A stretch of DNA of 59,879 nt from assembly GCF_001194135.2 (NCBI RefSeq), contig NC_069001.1:18824621-18884499 (forward strand), given 5' to 3'. Position numbers and translations under genes: made by a program. The notes under the pieces were generated by a model. The model was not told the origin of the DNA and searched no databases. It saw only the letters and a program-made list of their open reading frames with translations. Position 1 is the stretch's first letter. Each line of letters opens with the position of its first letter. The stretch comes from Octopus bimaculoides. Taxonomy: Eukaryota. Shown here piece by piece: positions 25,816 through 39,074 of the stretch.

Positions 25816-25915
25816 CAGGTACAGAGGTTTATCCTTGGCTAAACAGTCCCTTATTGAAATGGAAGTGTGTTATGTGATTAAGAAGGGAAAAGAGAAAGGC
25901 GTAGCTTTCATATGC

Positions 25916-25958
<43 letters not shown>

Positions 25959-26200
25959 GATAGTGGGTCTCGAGGGTTATGATATCCAGGCAGATACCAA
26001 ATTTCTCTAAGTAAAATGCCAAGGCTGGTTCCTTCAGATGGTGCATTTTTTTTTGGTAGACTTGCTTTAGCTCCTATCCAATGTTACAATTTATTTCTTG
26101 GTTACTTTGCATGTAAAGTACAATATTGATAATAAGGAGAATGAAGAATTTGAACTTTCAGACTCTATGTTTATTTCCAGTTAGTTTATTCATAATATTT

Positions 26201-26291
26201 GTCTGACACGTGTTTCGATTACATTAACTGCATATTGTTGCATATTTATATGCAGCGATTTATGCGTTATTAGTACGATCTCTTCAGGTTA
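26201..26291 (-). ncRNA. Hammerhead-like motif at a probable PLE terminus
   Basis: CTGAAGA gat...atc GAAA cacgtg TC; stem I does not pair. Confidence 0.4.
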
Positions 26292-26955
26292 TATAAGTAT
26301 GACATTATTTGAAGAGGAATTTTCCTCTGTTATTAGTTTGAATTAGGCTTAGTAGACTTGGTTAGTAGTAAGCCATGGCATTCTTCAATGAGCTGCTTCT
26401 CTCGACTGAATGTTTGGGTAACATTTGGCAGTAGTAGCAGCAGTGTTTGTTGAAGTTGGCAGATTTTCTTGGCTAGTTGGAGAATGGTTATTTATAGAAT
26501 ACAATTTTTTTTATTGATTCTATATACTTTATAGTCACATGACTTTTTGATGGATTTCAGAATTGATAATATTATTTGAATTTTTGTGAAGGTTATTAAT
26601 AGTAGTTGTGGATAATTACTAGGCAGTAAGAACCACGTGGTTATTAAAAGAAGTAGTCAGTTGTATTTTAAATTCTTCTAACTTATTATTATTGCTTTAA
26701 AGTGTTTTTAGGTTATATTATATATAATCTTATAATTTGAATTCTGTTCTTATATTCTTCATATGCTACTTAATTATTATAGTTATTACAGCTATGTTTG
26801 GAGAAAAAAAATTATTGCAATAATATAAATTAATGCATTCTATTATTTAAATTTTTTAAAAAGAAAACGTTTGTATAAGCAATTAAAACTTCTTTCTTGT
26901 CTAGTGTTAACTAATTTATTTTTTGAAGTAAATATTTGGTATAATTCCTCCATAC

Positions 26956-27012
<57 letters not shown>

Positions 27013-27086
27013 CGCACTTAATATTTGTATCTGGTTTTCAAGATTCCTTATGTGAATTTGTGTGTTGAACAAATTTTGTTGTGTGT

Positions 27087-27314
27087 GGGGAGAGTCATAG
27101 TGCCTTAATATAACACACTGGTTCAATTTCTACTCATTTATTTATTTATTCATTTATTTATTCCAGAAAGCAGTTTTGTCGCTGCATTTGCGACCATATC
27201 CATGGATTTTGATACAGTTGCAAATGCAGCAGCAAAAAGGCTTTCTGGAATAAATAAATAAATGAATTGAAATTGAACCAGTGAGTGTGTTATATTAAGG
27301 CACTATGACTCCCC
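27087..27314. mobile_element. Foldback / MITE-like inverted repeat
   Basis: About 100-bp arms (agtcatagtgccttaatataacacac..ccagaaagc..gctgcatttgc) with a central spacer of about 22 nt. Confidence 0.85.
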
Positions 27315-29718
27315 AGACATAACAAAATATATATATGTACACACCTGCAGTTATATATATTTTTATCATTTAAAAGATTTCTATCCTTGCTGGACCAGTG
27401 TCTTTTCGGTGTTATAATTCAATCATATCAAAGCCAGTATATGTTTCAGTATGGTATTTAATTATAGTGATCTTCTTTTTTATTGAACCTCTAAGTCATA
27501 ATTTCAGATAAACACATCCAACTTGATACATCAGTATACAACACAAATATTCACACATACACAAATTTAAACACACATATGTGTGGGTATGTGTAAATAT
27601 ATGTTTGTGTGTGTATGTGTTTGTTCTCTTATTCTTTGGAAAAATAATGTTGGTTTGTTTGCATTCTCATAACCTAGTGGTTCAATAAAAGGGCTTAAAA
27701 GAAGTACTGGGGTTGATTTGTTTGACTAAGAACTCTTCAAGGTGGTGTCCAAGAATGGCTACAGTCCAGTGACTGAAACAAGTGAAAATATCTCTTTATT
27801 TGTATATGTATATATGTGCCTCTGTATGGCTTGACTTTGGTTAACAATAAATTAGTTCACTTCATAATTTTATTCTCCCCCATTTCACTATTACTCTTCC
27901 CCCACCAAATGATGGCAAACATTTTTCTTATCCTGTCCTGCCTTTTCCAGACAATATACATCCATAGTGTTTTTTTCACTTTTTATTTCTTTGCTTTTGA
28001 GATCAAAGTGTGTGTTTCAGGGAGAATTGGTTACTTTTTCATGCAATTATAGATTCCCGCATGTCAATGGCGTTGTTGCTATTGTTTCATTTCCTGGCCA
28101 ACTTTGATCAAACAATCCTGTCTCTGATCTAAAATATTCCAAGTATGATCATTTTTTTTCTCCAGAAATAGTGTGCTTCATTTGAGACAGTAAGGTGTGA
28201 TTTGAAGGTGATTTGGTTGCTATTCCTAGCAGATTAAGTAACCAAGTAGAGGCTCTCTTTGATTTTCTTATTGTTGCTGTAGCCACTTACACCATTTCTG
28301 TTTAACTTTAGGTCATCCTGAATCCAATTGACCTATAATCAATGACATTAGTCATGACTACATTATTTTGTGTGTCCTTCCCTTTAAGGCACTAGTGTGT
28401 AGTTTGAAGGAGATTTAGTTGCTATTTCAAGCAGAGTTAGCCACCATGTATAGAAACTTCATGTTGTTGTTGTTGCGGGTGTTTCATCTGCAACCTGCTA
28501 TGGTTGTTGTTGCAGTGAGGTGTGTGAAGACACCTGGACACTTCTGACATTCATTTACCTCCATCTTCAGTTGTGGCACTGCAACCCCCACCACTGATCC
28601 CCATCCTTCCGTCTTTCATTTTAACTAGGAGTTCACTGAGTATAGATGGTGAGTGTGAGAGAAAGGGGCAAAGAGACAAAAGAAGATGGAGATAGAGACA
28701 AAAAAAGGAAAGAGAGCGAATGAGTGAAAGAGAGTTCTTTTTTTAAAAAACAAATCTAAAGGGCAACTCCCTCCTCCACCTCTCTCCTTCAAGAAAAGAA
28801 ATCTCCATTTTGTCCAGTTGCCTTGACTACAACAATGTTAAGTTGCAGCAGTGTGCAGCAGTTTGCTGATCTTGTGAAATAATTGTATCGACCGTTGTTG
28901 TTGTTGTTGCTGTGGATTCCTACAGAAACAGTTGCTGTTGTTGTTGTTTAACCCTTGGTCATCCTTGATTCAACAAATCTCCAATAAAAGACATTTCAAC
29001 TGTGACCATCCTCTCTTGTTTTGTTCTGTCTGCTGGGAGAATTCAAAATCATGTAATGCGATGTCTTCTGAGACAGTGAGCTGGTGTGATATGAGGGAGA
29101 TTTGGCTGTTATTTCTTGCAAATCAAGCAACCATGTCACGATTATATGCTTGTATTTGTTGTTTTGTAGTGGCAGGGGTGGTGGTGTGAAATTGCTGCAT
29201 CAGATGTTGTTCGTTATTTATTGTGGATTGATGCAATTGTTGTTGTCGCTGCAGCAAATATTTTTTGTTATTGATATAGCTGCTACTGCTGCGGCTTGTG
29301 ACATTTATCTAGTGCACATTTTACTGTCTGCTGCTGCAGTGTTTGTTGATGTTGTGAGCAGGTAGGTTTATAGAATAATACATGAATATATGTGTATATA
29401 TGTCTGTGTATATCTATATATGAATGTATGTGGCAGGTATATATGTATGTGTGTGTGTGTGTGTGATTGTCACCATCATTTTACACCTGCTTTCTATGCT
29501 AGTGAGGGTTGGAGACTTTGGCAGAACTTGTTGTGTTGGAGGACCATGTCTTGCTTTGATGCCTGGTTTTGGCACAGTTTCTACAGCTCTATGTACTTTC
29601 CAACACCAGCCACTTCATAGAGTGGACTTGATACCATTTTTAGTGAAACCAGCACTATACATCTTGGTTATGTGTGTGTGTGCGCACACACATTTCCCCC
29701 TCTCTCTCTTTTTTTCTT

Positions 29719-29756
<38 letters not shown>

Positions 29757-30614
29757 TGCACTCTGTGTATTTTATAGGAAGCTTTTAAAAAAACTCTGTG
29801 CATCGCCAACAGATAAAGGACTCAATATAGATATAGTTTCTATATCTTATTGAAATGAAAAACAAAATGACAGGGACTTTGAAGTTTTGTGAGCAGCAGC
29901 TCTACTGATGAGTGCTTACCTACAAAAATTACAAAATTTCCTGTCTTTCATATGAATATCATCTTCATCATCACGACCATCATCATTCTAATGTTTACTT
30001 TTTCATGTTACCATGGGTCAGAAGAATTGATTTAGTCAGATATTCTGCAGCCAGATGCTCTTTATGTTGCTAGCCCTCACCTGTTTCCAAGTGAAGTAGT
30101 AATTTTTCATGTTCAGACATGTTATGGAAGATTTGCAATGAGCAAAACTGCTTATATGATTGTGACACTCATTTACATCTCTTGTGCAATGTCAAGACAA
30201 GGAGACATAAACATGCACATCTACCAAATCCACACACAAGGCTTTGGTTAGCTTTAGACTATAGTAGAATATGCTTGCCTAACATGCCATGCAGTGGGAC
30301 TGAACCTGGAACTATATAATTGGGAAGTGACTTCTTAATCACACAGCCATATATCAGTTTGTTTTACACCCATTTTTACATTCTAGTATATATTGGATGT
30401 ATACATGTTATCAAACTATTGTTTTTAAGCACTGGATGCCTTTCCTGTTGCTAACCCTTACCTGTGTTTCAAGTAAGGGATGTTTTATTCTATACATCTT
30501 TGAAAGTACAGAGATACTGGATGACTTGTTGACAGCAAAATGACAACAAACTTACTTCAGTGCTTATAGCTCAATACAGAAGGTAAATATTTACACATAC
30601 ACGCATGCGCACAT

Positions 30615-31230
30615 ACAGGATGTTTGGGCTAAATTTGATAGTTTGTTTAAAAGGAAAAGAAAACACAATATCCCATCAAAAAATAAAAGTATTTAAATAT
30701 ATAAAAGAATATAAAGTAGATTATGACTAGGAGATAATGGTTTACTCAAAGTAGCCACCCTCAGCTTTCACCATGGCCTCAAGATGGCTCTGGAATCTGG
30801 CACATGTGTTCCATACCATTTCCCTGGGAAGCTTTTCAAACACCTCCTTGATCTTGGCTACCACTTGGTCTTGGTGTTCCAGGCAGAGGGAATGGTGTCT
30901 CTCAACCACATACCACACATAGTAATTCATCGGATTACAATCCTGGGAATTAGAAAACCAGAAATTGGGGCTAGTATGACAAAGAGCTGAATCCTGCTGC
31001 TGTACATATGGCTTTTCTGCAGCAACCCTCTCCAGTCCGGGATTGACCGCAGCTTCACATAGCCATCTGAATTGAGCTTAAAGCTCTGTTCAAAGATGTG
31101 AGGGTGAACTCTGACATGCAAAATACAGCCCTCCTTGTCAGCTAACTTTTTCTCAACTACATAATCCTTTCTCATAATCCTTTTGTTCTCCAACGGTGTT
31201 GACTGTTTACCAATATTCAAGCTGTTCCTG
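30615..31230 (-). mobile_element. maT-like (DD37D-type) transposon fragment
   Basis: PHIFEQSFKLNSDGYVKL, MNYYVW..VER, LEAMVKAEGGYFE; same type as 38185-39070. Confidence 0.8.
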
Positions 31231-31272
31231 AAAAAGAAAACAAAAGATGGTTGAATATAACATGAACACTCA

Positions 31273-31337
<65 letters not shown>

Positions 31338-31716
31338 CACACACATCTAAACATGCATGCACACGCACACACACTTATGCATACTTAATGTAATTACACT
31401 GTATGCACACATACATATGCATATATATCTTAGGCATGTGCTACAGTAGAGTTCTACTATTTAAGTCAACTGATTTGGGTGTAGCCACACATGCTATTTG
31501 TGAAAATAACAAAGATTATTTCTATGTCATTGTTGATACTGTTTCTGTTCAAGTGTTCAAGTTTTTAAAAGTTAGTTTATCCACCAAGAATAAAACATTG
31601 CCACAAACCAGTGTAAACAATCAACAATCTTAAAGTGTTATATAGTAAACGTTTTTTTGTCCCTACTCTATAGGCAAAGCAAGAATAATTTTGCCTTTAA
31701 TTTCACTCAATGTAAT

Positions 31717-32105
31717 GCCTTTTAGCATTCAAAATGGTCTGTGTTGTTTAACATGGTCACGTTTAATATACTGAATTCAAAAATTTGTTCATCAAACATC
31801 AAAATATCTGAATTTTTGAAATATGGATTTCCTGTATTTAATTAGCATTCTTTATAATAAATTGAACATCTTTGATTTTTACATTTGATAATTAATATAA
31901 TTAACATTTATTGTTTTAATCTTCATAGGCATTCTTTATATTAAGGTGAACAAGGTAGGTACATGTATGAGTATGTATACATATACAAACGGATATATAT
32001 GTATACACATATGTGTATGTGCAATTGATTCATATGATTCTGACATATGACTGGTATTGGACAGCAGAGGGTAGAAAGATGTTAGCTGGTTTAAATGCTA
32101 AAGAG
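31717..32105. mobile_element. piggyBac-like MITE
   Basis: Termini (g)cctttagcattcaaa / tttaaatgctaaagag, with TTAA on the right side. Confidence 0.55.
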
Positions 32106-32562
32106 TTAAAAGTGTTTCTACTATGGCTACTGTATAAAGTTTACAAGAGGATTGGATTATCCAATGTGACCTTGTTAAGACCTTAGGTTGTAATTTGAAG
32201 GAGATTTGGTTGTTAATTTTCACACACCTAGCAACTGCATTGAAGCCTCTCCCTCTTCAATCTCATATGCTGAAAGTTCAAACTCCAACCTTGTCTACTT
32301 CTGAAAATAGATCCACCTAAATGTTTGTTGGCTAACTTTAATAATTAATTCTAGAATTGGGATGTTTGAATGTTAACTTTGTAATGATAATGAGCAACTA
32401 AATTGTTAAAGCTATTTTTAACTGAAAATAAGTTTTGACCTTGTGGATAAAGAGAATCCTGGTAGTGGTGACAGCATTGGTGATGGTATTAAAACCATTG
32501 TAGTATTTGTGGTAATGATGACTTAAGTCTAACCATATTACTCACTACACAAGTTAACTTTT

Positions 32563-32900
32563 TTATCTTTTATTTGTTTCAGTCATCAGACTGCAGCCAT
32601 ACTGGGCTAGGACACTTCTCTGGTTGAATGAATCAGCCCTAATCCTTATTTTTATTTTAAGCCTGGTACTTATTCTATCAGTCTCTTTTTGCCAAACCAT
32701 GAAGTTACAAGGACATAAACGTATCAACACTGGTTGCCATTTGATGGTGGGACACACACAATGGGCTTTTTTCAGTATCCATCTACCAAATTCACTCACA
32801 GGGCTTTGGTTGGCCCAAGATGACACTTACCCAAGGTGCCATGCAGTGGGACTGAACCTGGAACCATGTGGTTGGAAAGTAAACTTCTTACCACTCAGCT
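32563..32900 (-). mobile_element. tRNA-derived SINE (9287 family)
   Basis: Reverse complement is colinear with the 9287 copy. Confidence 0.8.
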
Positions 32901-34760
32901 ATGCCTGTCAACATTTAGAAATTTCTTTTATTTCTTTCAATCATTGGAACTATACCTCCTACATCTCTATTGTCCTCACCCTACCTCCATCTTTCCCACA
33001 CTGAAATTACTTCTTTCTTACCACAATTTTCTAAAATTCCCCCACCCTGGATATCTCCTCTGCATATAATTGCCCACCCTCCTGCAACAATACAGATCTA
33101 TTCATGATCTCCCCTCTCCAAAAATTTCATCAGGTTGTTTCAAAAATAACTGTTGGGCTTTGCCCATCTATCAGAGCGTTGGTATTGTTGTTTAACCACA
33201 TGTTATATGTAAGTAGACATATGATCAAAGACTTTCCAGTGATGACCAACCTGTCAGTTTGGATATAAGTGCTAACAATATCTCATGTATACTTTGTTTT
33301 TTGAGCCAGTATGGTGTGACTTTATTGAGATTTGGCTCCTATTTCTAGCAGAGTGAGTGACCATATAAAGACATACTTGTTGGTTCATATTGTTATTGTT
33401 TCTGTGTAGTTGGCACTGATCAAACAGTCCTATAACATACAGAAAGTCAAACAACTAGGCCACCATACCTACCTCCCAGACCAGTTTTATCCAGTTCTCT
33501 CATGTCTTTACTGGACTGATGATGAAATGGTACACTCCAGCATACAGTTAGCTATCATACAGAGCAGTGGTGGTGGTCATGGTGACCTGTACCCTCTTTT
33601 CCTAAAGTCTGTCTTACATCTACAGTCTTATTGGGCTGGGGCTTATCCCAATATTTTAAGCATTAACTGATTTATACAAAACAACCCCTTGACTGGATGC
33701 TAGGTTAACTAACCCACCCTCCTTAGCTGCCTTTCATTTTCATTTGAATAGACTGAAGCAGCATGAGATGAAGTGCTTTGCTCAAGGACACCTGCATGGA
33801 ATTGAATTCTAACCATCTTGCCATATTTCAAAGAAATAAAAACAGACCTGCTTAGTTCTACTTGGCTGATAAATTCCTCCTGGAGAGGAAGACAATCCTT
33901 CACAATTTCATCCACAATAAATAGCTGCTAAATGTCTCTCAAACTACACATTAGATACACTGGATAATGTAGATACTGTGTTTGAAATGCAGATGGAATG
34001 GTCATGGTTAGAGCTTCTTTAATGATAGGTCTGTTGAATCAAAGTTGACTTGAGGTCAGCAAACATCAAAAACTATTGTCATTTGTATTACTATGAGGGT
34101 TGCTCAACCAGTTAGAAATAGAAGCCAATACCCTTTAACCATAAGTCTTTGTTCATAATTAGGGTGAATGACATGAACAAAGGTAATCTTTACAAGACTC
34201 CTGATAACTGTGTTGAAAAGATACATGACCTGTGTAACTGGAATGTCAACCATAAGTACGTAGGTTTAATTCCCAGCATGGGAGGCAAGTTGTATTGTAG
34301 GGCAAGGTACTTCATGTTCCATTCCATTCAGCTAACAAATATGTGTTTCAGATTGACAGAACAGCCAGAAAGACACAGAAATAAATGGAGTGTGTGTGTC
34401 CTTGTTGACAGTCTTAGTGATAATATTGGACATTGACTATAGTGGTGGTGGAGAAGATTGTTTATCTTTGGGTGAATATGTGATTACTGTTACTAAACAT
34501 ACACACACACATGCACACCCCCCCACACACACACACATGCACACACACACACATGCACACACACACACATCTATATGTATATGTGAAAAATTGGTACAGA
34601 GAAAATTATATCTCTATTATAGATTTCACCTTATAAATCCAACAATTGTTTCTATTGCATTAACATACACACACACACACACACATATATAATATATATA
34701 TATATATATATATGTATATAAATAGATAGATACACACATACATGTACATATGCATATATA

Positions 34761-35390
34761 CGTGGTCTGATTAATAAGTATACAGACTGTTGCCATAGTA
34801 ACGGAGCTAAAGCATGCAGAGTGAAGCTGCTTGGCAGAGATTGACCTTAAACTCTACTGTGCATGCACACTAAGTTTTAATGTCCTAGCTCACTTTCACT
34901 CTTTACAGCAGTGCTTGGAAGGACAGTGTGTAGTGGGTGATCGTTGCATTGACTATGACAGAGAAAGTTGACCAGAGAATTTGCATCAAATTTTACCAAA
35001 GCTTAGCGATACCTGCTCAGAGGCCTCTGCAAAGTTTAAAAAAAGTTTTCATCATTCTCGACACAATCAAGGTGATCTTGTGCAACTGAAACCCGAGTGT
35101 CTTCTTTGGTCAGCTGAAACCAGCTTTGGCACAAATTTGGTAGACATGCATTTCATACCCAAATCTTCAATGATAATCGACTGAACTGAAATGTAACTAA
35201 TCTGCACATCATCACAGATGGTGATTCGATAATTTCGCCTCACAGTTGCATGCACATCTGTGATGTTTTTCTCAGTTCTGCTGGTTGCGGGTCTCCCAGA
35301 TCATTCATCAATATCAACATTTTTTTGCCATGTTGGAAATATCTGAACCACTTGTACTCTTGTGTATGGCGCTCTCGTAGGGTTAAGCAA
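34761..35390. mobile_element. Mariner 5' fragment with an internal inversion
   Basis: TA|CGTGGTCTGATT TIR and MTEKVDQRICIKF on plus; the continuation YKWFRYFQHG..SGRPATSRTEKN..KFVPKL is on minus, 35390-35046. Confidence 0.8.
34789..34802 (+). promoter_or_regulatory. RFX X-box-like motif inside the mariner subterminal region
   Basis: GTTGCCATAGTAAC. Confidence 0.3.
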
Positions 35391-36020
35391 CAAGTACATA
35401 TTTACATATGCAATGTGTGTGTGTGTATGTGTGTAGTCTGGTTGATGTTCAAAATGATCTGTCAGTGCCTTTCCAGCTGTCTATGGTTACCATTTATGAT
35501 GCTGCACACAATGTGAAGATTAATGGTATTTTCAGACCGTGCTGGCTGATCTTTCGAAACTTGTAGAATCAATAGCTGTTGCGGAATGGTGCACTCATGC
35601 ATGAAGTACAGTTCCATGGAGCTGCACTATTTGTGTGTTTCTGTGAAGGTTTGTGGTGGTGGTGGTAGTGGTAGTGGTGGTGAGAGAGAGAGAGAGAGAG
35701 TATTAGATGTGGGGTGGTGTGTAAAGCGGGTGGGGAAACTTGAATGGCAGTGTTCAGTGTTTGTATTGACAGGTTGAGAGTGAGAGAGAGAGTTCTCAGT
35801 TGGAAAGGTGGAGGGAAAAGAGTAGTGCTAATGGTGGCAGGGGATTGTAGTTAAAGCATCATCATCATCATAATTATAAATGTAACCCTCGACATCATCG
35901 CCATCATCATCTGTCTCCATTGTCATCATCATCATCATCATCATCATCATTGTCATTGTTACAGTTAATGCTTGTTTTCCGCATGTTTTGCATGCTATTA
36001 CATGGGTCAGTTAACTGGAT

Positions 36021-36034
36021 GTCTCCATAGCAAC
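36021..36034 (+). promoter_or_regulatory. RFX X-box-like motif
   Basis: GTCTCCATAGCAAC. Confidence 0.35.
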
Positions 36035-36109
36035 TCAGTAGAACGAAGTGAGGTGGTTTATTTGTACATACTGAAATAGTATTTGAAATACACACTCTTA
36101 TATATATAT

Positions 36110-36836
36110 ATTTCACATGCTTTCAACAAATATGACATCAAAATTACGCATAAATGGCTCCTTTCCTCCAAAAAGGAAAGATTTGGCTGCTATTTCTTGC
36201 ACGCTCTGCTACCACGTAATAGCTATTTCAGGTCCAGGTCCTTTATCACAAATAACTGTTACATAGTAGCAGACAGAACATGCTAGGAATAGCAGCCAAA
36301 TCTTTGGAGGTGAGATACATTGAATGCACTCAAAATAAACCTGTGGAAACATTATTTCACACCGAGATTATGAATGGGTCTTTTATGAAATATTTACCAT
36401 ATTTTTGAAGTCAGTTTCACTTTAAAATATTTTTTGAATATGCCAAAAAAAATGTTGTAATGGTATTCACTTGAAAATAATTTTAAAAACAATTTAAATA
36501 TTGTCTGTTTAAAGAAAGCTAAAATATAAATACTTACTGTACAAACAACTTATATTTTTGAGATCACACTCACTCAAAAATATTTCTAAATGATTAAAAT
36601 ATTGTTTAACAAAAGTGAAAATAGAAACATTTACTGTAAAAACAAATCGTATTTTTTCATTGGCAAGTTAGTCATTTAGACTTTTGCCCATTATAATGTG
36701 TCTAATGGAAAGGTTAGAGAGTTTCTTCCTTTTCGGGGTTATTTTCAGAGTATTTTCCCGTTATGCACTGTTTTGGGTATTTATACCCCATCTCAAGAAC
36801 CAGTGGTCCAATTTACATGAAACTTGTTTTATTCTG
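36110..36836 (-). mobile_element. Truncated copy of the 40714-41567 Helitron
   Basis: More than 500 bp colinear with about 40810-41450. Confidence 0.75.
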
Positions 36837-37070
36837 TGTTGTCTCCTTGAGCAAGACACTTTATTTCACATTGTTCTCGTCCACTCAGCTGGCAAAAACA
36901 AGTTGTACATGTAATTCAAAAAGCCAGCATGTCACATTCTGTGTCACGCTGAATCTCCCTGAGAATCTACATTAAGGGTATGCATGTCTGTGGAGTGCTC
37001 AGCCACTTGCACATTAACTTTGCAAACAAGCTGCTCTATTGATCAGATCAACTGGAACCCCTGTCAGTGT
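36837..37070 (+). mobile_element. Third SINE family, partial copy
   Basis: ccttgagcaagacacttt..cactcagctggcaaa..gctcagccacttgcac..gatcaactggaacc; reverse paralog at 39075-39380. Confidence 0.65.
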
Positions 37071-38184
37071 GCATCTTTTAGGAGTAGCATAGTTTCTGTG
37101 AAGTATTGTCTCATAAATATAAATGCTTTTAATTTATTTTTAACCCAAAGTAATGCAATTTATTAAGATAAAGCAGGTTGATAGTTTTTCCTAATATTTC
37201 AATATTTCTAGCTGATGACCTCTTTCTTGGGAAATCTATGGAAAAGAATTATTTATTGACACTACTGGACACAAAAATCAGTGATAACAACTTTTTTCCA
37301 TAGATTTCATGATGTGGGAGTCCTAACTCTGCAATACTGAAATACCAGGTAAAACTATTAACCTGTTTATTTTTTTAAATTGCATTGTTTTGACTTCAAT
37401 ATATATATTTGTGTGTGTGTGTAAATATTTCTGCATGGAAGTTGATGATGTAGCTCTGAGTAGATTATAAAACAACTGTAACCTCTACAAGATTATTGAT
37501 TCCAAATTTTGGGGGTGGGGGTAAGTCTATTACATCAACCCCAGTGCTCAACTGGCACTTGTTTTAGTGACCCTCAAAGGCAAAGTTGACCTTGGTGGAA
37601 TTTGAATGCAGAACAAAAGGCAGTTAAGTTTGTTGCCTTCAACCTCTACAGAAATCTGAAAACTTTTTGCCTATAACACTTTTTTTATGCTTATTATATA
37701 CTCCACAATAGAAACAGTACTGTTCGTATATCTTGAATTTTTAGGTGCTTAATCCTGTTAAAATACATTTGTTATTAAATTACTTTGGTGACCTGATAGC
37801 TGGGTTTTTGACCAGAGTACTTACTGTGGGTTCTGCTTGATTCTTTGAATCTCCTGTTTTTTCAAGTTTACATGGGTTAGAATAATCTTCTTCAGCCCAG
37901 CATCTGACAATTTATTACTATTCCTAGTCATTTCATTTGTTAGCTACAACCAAACTCTTGAGGTCAACCTTCATCACCACTTTATCTTTGCATGTCTTCT
38001 TTAAGTTACTTAACCTTTAGCATCTTGACATCAACCTTTAACACTCATTTTATGGTCTTCTTCCATCCATTTTGTTATGAAACTAAATACTCTTGGGTAT
38101 TTTTATTAAATATGTATATGTGTGTCTGATGATACACACACATGCACACACATACAGATCTTGATCTGTGTACATTCTCATATA

Positions 38185-39070
38185 CAGAGTGTGATGGGTT
38201 AATTGTTGCCATTTTATATTTGTAATTTCACTCATATACATCGTTTGTTTTTGATTTTGTCGACTACACAGTATAGTAGGGTCAGTTGGGCACCATTTGT
38301 GAGAAAAACAGCACCATGACACAATTCACTCTGCCAGAAATTTGGAAATGACATGCTGTGCTGCTTGGCATTCATGCCAGAAGCTTCAATGTGAACATTC
38401 CAGAGTGTCTAGGTATCAATCTGAAGACAGTGCAATCTGAAGACATGTACCAAGAATGATAAAAATCAAACATCCAGTCAACATCATGGTGTTTGGAATG
38501 ATCACTAGTGATGGTGTCGTTATGCCTCCATTCATCTTTTGACATGGCCTCAGACTCAACATGGAGGCCTACATCAAGTGCCTGGAGGCAGTGGTGCTGC
38601 CCTTGGTCAAGAGGGTGGCTGCTAGAAGATCCTATGTCTGGCAACAAGACTCTGCACCTTGCCACACAAACAGGAGAACCCAGTCATGGCTGTCAGACAA
38701 TTTCTGCAACCACATCACTCCGAACATCTGGTCACCTAACTCCCTAGACTGCAACCCCCTTGATTATTATGTGTGGGTCACAGTTGGGTGAGAGACCAAC
38801 AAAACTCCTTGTAACACCAAAAATGAACTGAAGGGAAGGATTATGGCAACATTCACCAACTTAAACAAGGAGGCTGTCCAGAAAAGTTGTAGGATATTCC
38901 AAATTCATCTGGAGGCCGTGGTTGAAGCCAATGGCGATTTTATTGAATAAATGTACTCTTTAGTATTTCAAGATCTTTTTATGTAATTTTGGTAAATATA
39001 TCTGTTAAAATGGGATGTTAGTGTTATTTTCATTTTTGAGTAAATTAGACAGTTTATTCACCGCACCCTG
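38185..39070 (+). mobile_element. Internally deleted maT (DD37D) transposon
   Basis: TA-flanked imperfect TIRs. VWQQD-x37-D (..NPLDYYVW) counted directly; the first catalytic D region is deleted. Confidence 0.9.
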
Positions 39071-39074
39071 TATA

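Noticed and set aside
28021-28105. GELVTFSCNYRF resembling a sushi/Ig strand
   Set aside because: No donor; runs into a repeat and a stop; no second conserved Cys/Trp.
31929-31954. 26-nt microexon with good splice sites
   Set aside because: Lies inside a piggyBac-like MITE and is internally duplicated at about 31843.
35510-35560. Hammerhead-like GTGAAGA...GAAAC
   Set aside because: C3 is missing, stem I is unpaired and stem III is not palindromic.
37209-37348. Exon-like segments with strong acceptors and a CAG|GTAAAA donor
   Set aside because: Stops in every frame for both acceptors; such sites are common in AT-rich DNA.
37825-38080. Minus-strand purine-rich exon candidate ending in GTAAGT
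   Set aside because: The adjacent sequence resembles a decayed RTE C-terminus, so it is probably LINE-derived.
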